Origin: Candidatus Uhrbacteria bacterium
Lineage (GTDB): Bacteria; Patescibacteriota; Patescibacteriia; UBA9934; GWF2-40-263
Direction of reading: 5' to 3'
Length of the DNA: 64,000 bases
NCBI GenBank assembly: GCA_016844925.1
Contig: JAERTI010000055.1
Coordinates: 1,459 to 65,458, forward strand
A model generated the notes under the pieces. It saw only the letters and a program-made list of their open reading frames with translations, did not search any database and was not told the origin of the DNA. The position numbers were made by a program, and so were the translations under genes. This document shows positions 57,519 to 64,000 of this stretch, one piece after another. Numbering within the stretch: position 1 is the stretch's first letter; every line of letters starts with the position of its first letter.

Positions 57519-58265
57519 TTATTTTGATTGTTTTGTCTGCTGCACAGCCTTTGCTCGAATGTTGGCTGCGTCTTTGATAGCGTTTGCCTTTCCTTCTTTG
57601 ATCGCGTCGCACATCAACTTAGAAATAAGTTCGATGGACTTCACGGCATCATCGTTTCCAGGAATGATCTTGCTCACGCCACCAGGGTTTACGTTGGTGT
57701 CGCACAAAGCGATCACAGGGATACCTGTTACGTTTGCTTCTTTCAACGCCGTCTTCTCCGTACGGACGTCGATGATAAACATGGCGTCAGGTACCTTGGT
57801 AACCTCCTGCATTCCACCGAGCTTGTGCTCCATGTCCTCGATCTCGCGAGAAATCATGAGGCGCTCCTTCTTGGTGTACTTGTTGAGCTCACCCTTGTCG
57901 CGCTGATCCTTGAGCATCTTCATGCGCTTAAGGGTCTTCTTGATCTGTTCAAAGTTTGTCAGTGTTCCACCGAGCCATCGGTGAATCACGTATGGCATGC
58001 CACAGGCGTCAGCGTACTTCTTTACGATGTCCTGTGCCTGTACCTTTGTACCGACAAACAAAATGACACCACCGCGAGCGGCAATGCCCTTAGCTGTCTC
58101 AAGAGCAGACTCCAACATCTTGTTGGTCTCCTCAAGATTAATAATGTGAACGCCCTGACGTGCACCAAAGATGTAGTCTTTCATCTTAGGATGCCACCGG
58201 GACGTCTTGTGACCAAAGTGCATGCCCGCTTTGAGCATGTCGGTCAACGACGGAAGATTTGGCAT
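57519..58265 (-). CDS. rpsB: 30S ribosomal protein S2
   Basis: AGMHFGH, FVGTK, RWLGGTLTN, DTN..P, PGNDD. Confidence 0.97.
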   Translation of the reverse strand: MPNLPSLTDMLKAGMHFGHKTSRWHPKMKDYIFGARQGVHIINLEETNKMLESALETAKGIAARGGVILFVGTKVQAQDIVKKYADACGMPYVIHRWLGGTLTNFEQIKKTLKRMKMLKDQRDKGELNKYTKKERLMISREIEDMEHKLGGMQEVTKVPDAMFIIDVRTEKTALKEANVTGIPVIALCDTNVNPGGVSKIIPGNDDAVKSIELISKLMCDAIKEGKANAIKDAANIRAKAVQQTKQSK

Positions 58266-58269
58266 AAAA

Positions 58270-58389
58270 TTCCTTTTTACATCGGTGGCAGTGCCGGGCC
58301 CGTTTTACGGGAGGATCCGGTCATCTGTTTGCCCCACCTGTAGGGTTAATTACGCGGCGGAGTATAGGAAATACGCGTAATTATGTCAA
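58270..58389 (-). promoter_or_regulatory. rpsB promoter and structured (S2-type) leader
   Basis: TTGACA-N17-TATACT; leader TACAGGTGG...CCACCGATGTA with internal CCCGT-AAA-ACGGG. Confidence 0.7.
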
Positions 58390-58391
58390 TG

Positions 58392-60521
58392 TTAGGCGGC
58401 TTTCTTAGCATCTTTAGAAACGACGTTAAACACATAATGGGCGTTCCAAGACCTTGGCAATTCTCTCCCCTTTTTTTGCGCCGCCTCACGCTTCTTACTC
58501 AAAAACTCAAGCTCGGGATACATTCGTGAATCAACTGAATCACTTATCGAAGTCCGACCAGCACCTTTTAATTCATCAGAAATAACATCCAGTACATCTC
58601 CCAACCTTACTTTCTTTTTACTTTCCTGACCCAATCGCCTCAAGACGTTCCCTAGCAGATCCCCACCAACCTCTTGTCCAACTCGATTGAGCATCTGCAC
58701 CAATCGATGATCCATACGGTGCTTTCCAGTGACCAAAATATCATTCACTTCTTCACGCACCTCAACAACATCCGGCTGTACACGCAAAGACTCAGTACCA
58801 ATCTTAGCATCAGAAGAACCCTTGCTTTGATCTGCAAACTTACGATCTACCAAGTCTGGATCAAGCACCTCCTTAAATTGCCGTCTAGCTGGAAAAAGGC
58901 GTGACATCACATATATCTCGCGTTGCTGATCATCCATCCCTTTTGGACCCCCTTTCAGATAGACACCAAGAACATCTGTTACATCAGATGTACCCAATGG
59001 TGAAATGGGGCTTATCTTATTAACTTCCAGCACCTCATTGAGAATACGAAACATGTCTTGATATGTATCTACCTCTTCCTGATCAGCACGTTCAATAAAC
59101 TCCCCCAGCATATCCTTTCCAACTGTCTCCCCTGCCTGTCTTAATTGATCGTATAAAACCGGAGCCACAATACGATCACCTTTAAATTTACGATAGATAT
59201 CTTCAAGATTCTCTTGATTAATCCTTTTGAAATAAGCCTTGCCATATACAGGCTTGGTTTCTTTAGGTGTTTTCTTTTTAACTTCAACCTTCTGCCTCGC
59301 TCTACCTGACTCTCTCCTCTTTTCCCTTCTTTTCTTCAATGCACCCAAAGAAATCTCAGGGGACCCCTTACCCTCCTCGGGAAGCTCTGCCCACATTCGA
59401 TCTAGCTCATCTTGTTCAAACACCCCATCGAGAACCCCCTTGAAGACATACTCTTTTACCTCCTCAGGCCAATACTGCTCCGGTCCACCTGGTGGACGAC
59501 CCGCTTTAAACCACGCCTTATACTGTTTTGTAATTCCAACGATCGGCACAGACACGAGAACAATGTCATCAATACGATCTTTCTCAACCAACTTCTTTTT
59601 TGCGCGTTTAATTTGAGATTGCTTTTTCCCTATGCCATGAGCATCAGCACGAAGGGTAAATTGAACCCCCAAGTTCTTCGTGTCTGTTGTCTCCACACCT
59701 ACACCGCGACGATGACGAGAACGACTCACCACAAAATCAATCTTCTGCACCATGTCTTGCATCAAGTCCCCCATCTGAACAGCAATCTCAACACCAAGAT
59801 CCAACTGAAGTTTTTTAAAGAAGTTCTCAACCATCACCTCAGCCACGTGACCCTCATTCATCTTCTGAATCTCGGGAGACATCAATTTCTCTCGACCTTC
59901 CAAGAGCTCTCCTGAGATCATTCTGAACATCTGGCGTCTTTCTTCTGTTTTATCCATCCTTGCCCCCTCCTCCTCCGTAATCTGCCGATTCAACAAATCC
60001 ATGAGCTCCCCCTTCGTTCTCTCAATCGCCATCATCTTATGGGCGCGCCTGGGAACGGTTGCTGGATCAAGGGAATACGAAAGTCCCCACGCCATATCAG
60101 TAACCATGTCACCGAGCGTGAGTCGTGTCTCTATTGTTCCGTCCTCCACCTCTTGTTTCCAAATGTATTCCCCGTCTCGATATTCAACAGGACGCTCCCC
60201 CTCACGAGGCTTCCACTCGCGTTCTGGATTATCAATCTCTCGAAGTTGCTGGCGGAGCTCTAGCATCAACTCCTGCTTACGACGCTGAATATCCACCACT
60301 TTCTCCTGCACTGCTTTCTCCGTATGTGAACGCTCCATGGCCTTGGTCATGCGGTAATCCACAACCACCGCCAACTTGTTCAGCTCTCCACGGTCCACTT
60401 CCTGCTCCTCGGGTTCATACTCTCCAGATCGCTCTTTTTCTTTCATCGATGCCTTAAGCTTCGCTTCATCACGAAGCACCTCGCTATACCCTTCTAATGA
60501 TCGTCGCATCGATGGTCTCAT
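58392..60521 (-). CDS. Hypothetical protein with possible PD-(D/E)XK-like central domain
   Basis: GHVAE...QDMVQKIDFVV...GVQFT. Confidence 0.7.
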   Translation of the reverse strand: MRPSMRRSLEGYSEVLRDEAKLKASMKEKERSGEYEPEEQEVDRGELNKLAVVVDYRMTKAMERSHTEKAVQEKVVDIQRRKQELMLELRQQLREIDNPEREWKPREGERPVEYRDGEYIWKQEVEDGTIETRLTLGDMVTDMAWGLSYSLDPATVPRRAHKMMAIERTKGELMDLLNRQITEEEGARMDKTEERRQMFRMISGELLEGREKLMSPEIQKMNEGHVAEVMVENFFKKLQLDLGVEIAVQMGDLMQDMVQKIDFVVSRSRHRRGVGVETTDTKNLGVQFTLRADAHGIGKKQSQIKRAKKKLVEKDRIDDIVLVSVPIVGITKQYKAWFKAGRPPGGPEQYWPEEVKEYVFKGVLDGVFEQDELDRMWAELPEEGKGSPEISLGALKKRREKRRESGRARQKVEVKKKTPKETKPVYGKAYFKRINQENLEDIYRKFKGDRIVAPVLYDQLRQAGETVGKDMLGEFIERADQEEVDTYQDMFRILNEVLEVNKISPISPLGTSDVTDVLGVYLKGGPKGMDDQQREIYVMSRLFPARRQFKEVLDPDLVDRKFADQSKGSSDAKIGTESLRVQPDVVEVREEVNDILVTGKHRMDHRLVQMLNRVGQEVGGDLLGNVLRRLGQESKKKVRLGDVLDVISDELKGAGRTSISDSVDSRMYPELEFLSKKREAAQKKGRELPRSWNAHYVFNVVSKDAKKAA

Positions 60522-60533
60522 AGTGAGACTAGT

Positions 60534-61556
60534 TTATCTGATAAACATCGCGTCGCCAAAAGAGAAGAACCTAAACTCACCTTGCACGGCCTGGTCATAT
60601 GCACTTAAGACATGCTCTCTCCCAGCAAACGCGCTCACCAGCACGAGCAGTGTCGACTTAGGAAGGTGAAAGTTTGTAATGAGCGCATCGATGACGTTAA
60701 ACGTGAAACCTGGGGTGATGAAGAGATTCACGTCGCCAGAGAAACCTTCTGCTGGCAAAGACCACTCGTGATCTGCGGCGACCCCCTCAAGCGTCCGCAC
60801 TGTCGTCGTGCCTACTGCTATAACACGTCGCCCCTCCCGCTTGGTCGCATTGATCCGCTGAGCCACCTCCGGCGCGATCGTCACGTACTCTGCGTGCATC
60901 TTGTGTTCTTCAAGCGTATCCGTCTTCACCGGACGGAACGTGCCAATCCCCACATGGAGGGTGACGTACTCGATGCTCACACCCTTTGCACGAATCTTCT
61001 CAAGAAGCTCTTCTGTGAAATGAAAACCTGCCGTGGGCGCAGCTACCGAACCTGTCTGCTCGGCGTACACCGTCTGGTACTTCTCGATGGAGTCTGGCAC
61101 CTCACTCACGTACGGAGGAATCGGAATCTCTCCGTGTGCGTTCGCATAATCAATAAGCTGCTGATCCGACAGATCGAATTGCACAGACATCACATCACTC
61201 TTGCTCACCACTTCTCCAGACACATCCCCGATCTTCATCGTGTCGCCGACCGACACACGCCGCCCAGGCCGAACCAGCACATCCCAAGCGTCACCACGTG
61301 GCCGCAATAAAAATACTTCGAGCTCGTGCTCGCCAACGCTCCCTCGCAACCGTGCGCGGAACACTTTTGTATTATTCATCACGAGCACATCCCCCTCATG
61401 GAGCTCATCGATAATCCCAAAGAACTGTTTCTCCTGTGTAACGCCACTCTCCCGATCCAAAAGCATGAGCCGGGAATGATCGCGGGGTTCTACAGAGTGC
61501 TGTGCAATGAGCTCTGGTGGAAGTTCATAATCGAACAGTTCGATAGGTGTAGGCAT
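60534..61556 (-). CDS. queA: tRNA preQ1 SAM-ribosyltransferase-isomerase
   Basis: FDYELPPELIAQ, PIPPY, YQTVYA, GSVAAPTAGFHF, TLHVG.GTF, TNFHLP, FFSFGDAM. Confidence 0.96.
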   Translation of the reverse strand: MPTPIELFDYELPPELIAQHSVEPRDHSRLMLLDRESGVTQEKQFFGIIDELHEGDVLVMNNTKVFRARLRGSVGEHELEVFLLRPRGDAWDVLVRPGRRVSVGDTMKIGDVSGEVVSKSDVMSVQFDLSDQQLIDYANAHGEIPIPPYVSEVPDSIEKYQTVYAEQTGSVAAPTAGFHFTEELLEKIRAKGVSIEYVTLHVGIGTFRPVKTDTLEEHKMHAEYVTIAPEVAQRINATKREGRRVIAVGTTTVRTLEGVAADHEWSLPAEGFSGDVNLFITPGFTFNVIDALITNFHLPKSTLLVLVSAFAGREHVLSAYDQAVQGEFRFFSFGDAMFIR

Positions 61557-61587
61557 ATGGCCCCTATTCTGCCTGAGGCCTAGGCGA

Positions 61588-61616
61588 TTGACAAAATAGG
61601 GGCTCATTGCTATTCT
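61588..61616 (+). promoter_or_regulatory. Sigma70 promoter of rpmE
   Basis: TTGACA-N17-TATTCT. Confidence 0.75.
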
Positions 61617-61655
61617 CCCCGCGAATTAAATGTACGTATTAAGCGTGCGAAACCT

Positions 61656-61949
61656 ATGAAAAAAGACATTCATCCAACTTATCACTCAGACGCCAAGATC
61701 TCTTGCGCCTGTGGAAACACCCTCGACGTTGGTTCAACTATCGAGGCAATCTCTGTAGAGCTTTGCTCACAGTGCCACCCGTTCTACACCGGTAAGCAGA
61801 AGATTATCGATACAGCTCGACGTGTTGAGAAGTTCCAGGCCCGTGCTTCTAAGAAAGCTGAGAAGGTCACTGGAAAGAAGGCTAAGCAGGCCAAGCGCAC
61901 AGCGCAGAAGATTGCGAAGCGTGAGGAAGCCGAGAAAGCTGAGGCTTAA
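61656..61949 (+). CDS. rpmE: 50S ribosomal protein L31 (Zn-binding) with basic C-terminal extension
   Basis: MKKDIHP.Y...CACG...[10 protein letters not shown]. Confidence 0.96.
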   Translation: MKKDIHPTYHSDAKISCACGNTLDVGSTIEAISVELCSQCHPFYTGKQKIIDTARRVEKFQARASKKAEKVTGKKAKQAKRTAQKIAKREEAEKAEA

Positions 61950-61994
61950 CTGTTATAATGAAAAGCGTCCTTTATCCTGGACGCTTTTTAGTTT

Positions 61995-63068
61995 ATGAAC
62001 TTGATCGAACAACTACAGGCCCATCGTGACCGACTCAAAGACCTTGAATCCAAGCTCAGTGCTCCGGACGTACTTTCTGATCCGCGAAAGATCAAACAAG
62101 TAAACCAGGATTACGCGGCCGAGCGCGAGATCGTTGAGATTGGTGGACGCTACGACAGCGCTGTGAAGAATCTCCAGAACGCAAAAAGTGCCCTTGAGGA
62201 GACAGCGGAAGATGAGATGAAAGAGTTGGCCCAGATGGAGATCGACGAACTAGAAGCAGCACTCCCTGGTCTTGAGCACGCCTTCACCGTTGCCCTCATT
62301 CCACCGGACCCGATGGACAACAAAAACATCATTGTGGAAATCCGTGCAGGAGCCGGTGGTGACGAGTCTTCCCTATTCGCCGGTGAGCTCATGCGCAGCT
62401 ACAGCATGTACGCTGACACGCAGGGCTGGAAGACAGAGCTTATCTCCGCGAGCCGCACCGACGTCGGTGGGTTTAAGGAAGTTGTCTTTAGCATCAAGGG
62501 GCTCGGTGCCTATAGCGCTCTCAAGTACGAAAGTGGCGTGCACCGCGTGCAGCGCGTTCCAGAGACAGAGAAGCAGGGGCGCGTGCACACCTCGACCGTG
62601 ACGGTTGCCATCATGCCTGAGGCGGAAGAAGTGGACGTAAAAATCGAACAAAAAGATTTGATCATCGAAGCCACTACCTCTACTGGAGCTGGCGGACAGA
62701 GTGTAAACACCACCTACAGCGCTGTGCGTGTCACCCACGTCCCTAGCGGCATCATGGTGTACTGCCAAGAGGAACGTTCACAGAAACAAAACAAGGAGCG
62801 CGCGCTGCAGATTATTCGTGCGCGTGTGTATGCCATGGAGCAAGAGAAGGCGCGGTTGGAACGCGAGGAAGCTCGCCGTGGTCAGATTGGAACGGGAGGG
62901 CGATCCGAAAAAATCCGCACGTACAACTTCCCCCAGGACCGTGTGACAGACCACCGCATCAACAAAAACTTTCACAACCTTCCAGGTGTCATGAATGGCG
63001 GTTTCGAAGAGATCGTTGGAGCCTTGAAGGCGGCAGAAATTGAAGAGCGACTTCAGGAGCTGAGTTAA
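61995..63068 (+). CDS. prfA: Peptide chain release factor 1
   Basis: EIRAGAGGDE, ESGVHRVQRVPET, GAGGQSVN, RSEKIRTYNFPQ. Confidence 0.97.
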   Translation: MNLIEQLQAHRDRLKDLESKLSAPDVLSDPRKIKQVNQDYAAEREIVEIGGRYDSAVKNLQNAKSALEETAEDEMKELAQMEIDELEAALPGLEHAFTVALIPPDPMDNKNIIVEIRAGAGGDESSLFAGELMRSYSMYADTQGWKTELISASRTDVGGFKEVVFSIKGLGAYSALKYESGVHRVQRVPETEKQGRVHTSTVTVAIMPEAEEVDVKIEQKDLIIEATTSTGAGGQSVNTTYSAVRVTHVPSGIMVYCQEERSQKQNKERALQIIRARVYAMEQEKARLEREEARRGQIGTGGRSEKIRTYNFPQDRVTDHRINKNFHNLPGVMNGGFEEIVGALKAAEIEERLQELS

Positions 63069-63069
63069 T

Positions 63070-63741
63070 ATGCAAGCCGTTATCCTGGCAGCAGGAAAAG
63101 GAGCGCGCCTACGCCCGCTCACTCACACCACCCCAAAACCACTCATTGATCTGTGTGGCAAACCGCTTATTGAGCACGTGCTCGATGTGTTGCCTCCGCA
63201 GGTTGATGAGATTTTTGTTGTCGTGAATCACCTACGTGAACAAATCATCGAGCGACTTGGAGACAGCTGGAACACTGTGCCGATCAAGTACGTCATTCAA
63301 GAGCCACTCACTGGAACTGCCGGTGCCGTACACCTGCTCCGAGAACATCTGCAGAGCTCGTTCCTCGTTGTGAATGCCGACGATTTGTACGAAGCAAATG
63401 ATCTCGCGCAGCTCGCTAAGCACTCCATGGCGATACTCTTCCATGCATCAGACTCAGAAAAACGATCCGGCGCCCTCGTGCAGTCCAGTCGATTCATTGG
63501 TCTGGGCCCAGGACGCAATGCCGTGTGCGGGGCGTACGTCCTAGACCAGAGATTCTTCTCTGTCGACCCTGTTGAGATCCACGTGAGTCAATACAAAGAA
63601 CTCGGCCTGCCACAGACGCTTGCTGTACTCGCCGAGCGCGAAACCGTCGCTGCTGTCCCAGCCACATCCTGGCTCCCGGTCGGAAATCCGGACCAGCTCG
63701 CGCAAGCTGTCCACCATTTTTCTGGAGAAGTCTGTGGATAA
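63070..63741 (+). CDS. Sugar-phosphate nucleotidyltransferase
   Basis: AVILAAGKGARLRPLT..PKPL, Q.PLTGTAGA. Confidence 0.88.
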   Translation: MQAVILAAGKGARLRPLTHTTPKPLIDLCGKPLIEHVLDVLPPQVDEIFVVVNHLREQIIERLGDSWNTVPIKYVIQEPLTGTAGAVHLLREHLQSSFLVVNADDLYEANDLAQLAKHSMAILFHASDSEKRSGALVQSSRFIGLGPGRNAVCGAYVLDQRFFSVDPVEIHVSQYKELGLPQTLAVLAERETVAAVPATSWLPVGNPDQLAQAVHHFSGEVCG

Positions 63742-63821
63742 GTTTTGTACAAAAATCAAAAAGATCGAAAAAAGGGCCTAATGTGGGCCCTTGACTTATT
63801 TATTCGCCAAGGTATCGTAGG

Positions 63822-64000
63822 TGTTACCGTCGACTGAACGGAGCGCTGGAATACGAGGACGAGCTTGCTCGATCTCAGACGTCAGTGAGCCAACTCGGTC
63901 GAACTAGCAGCAAGCAAATGGATGAGGAGCCCTCGCGGTTCCGTGATCCTCTGGAAGGCGACCCACTCCTCACGGAGCCCCCCGCTCTCCTAAAGCGCCC
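63822..64000 (+). ncRNA. Candidate structured RNA/leader (truncated by window end)
   Basis: Follows TTGACT-N16-TATCGT; rod TCGACTGA/TCGGTCGA capped by gag-CTTG-ctc; second rod TTCCGTGA/TCACGGAG. Confidence 0.45.

Noticed and set aside
32843-63741. DnaA boxes (32843, 63733) as a replication origin
   Set aside because: Isolated single boxes with no cluster, AT-rich unwinding element or dnaA/dnaN nearby.
1-64000. Alternative genetic code (TGA read-through as in Gracilibacteria/SR1)
   Set aside because: Conserved genes are full length under code 11, and TGA ends several genes in ATGA overlaps.

Overview
Bacterial chromosome segment (standard code, TGA = stop). Gene content points to a Patescibacteria/CPR genome, probably ABY1/Uhrbacteria-like (inference): DUF4012 protein, truncated TsaB, archaeal-type PyrH, short EF-Ts, lexA-dinB locus and giant ORFans. 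The backbone is mostly minus-strand housekeeping operons: glycosyltransferases, rplJ-rplL, pyrH, xseAB, metK, malic enzyme, a UvrD helicase, mltG, nth, gap-pgk-eno-gpmI, rpsB-tsf and queA, plus rpmE-prfA on +. Three things stand out. (1) There are two separate gene-expression grammars. Backbone genes almost all start at T-ATG without a Shine-Dalgarno, and operon leaders are often near-leaderless (TGnTAnnnT-N9-ATG). About 17 GC3-rich accessory genes are instead self-contained cassettes with a TTGACA-type promoter, a canonical SD and a hairpin-TTTTT(T)C terminator. (2) In the 26.3-30.9 kb cassette array, a 25-bp element GACCCTCCTGAGGGTCTTTTTTCTT recurs exactly three times, with variants elsewhere, and can supply the stop codon, terminator and next -35 in one module. 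(3) Three non-coding stretches fold by eye into long irregular RNA rods; the largest is ~470 nt inside the LexA-controlled SOS operon. No rRNA, tRNA, CRISPR array, integrase or transposase was recognised. All calls are by eye; no database searches were run.
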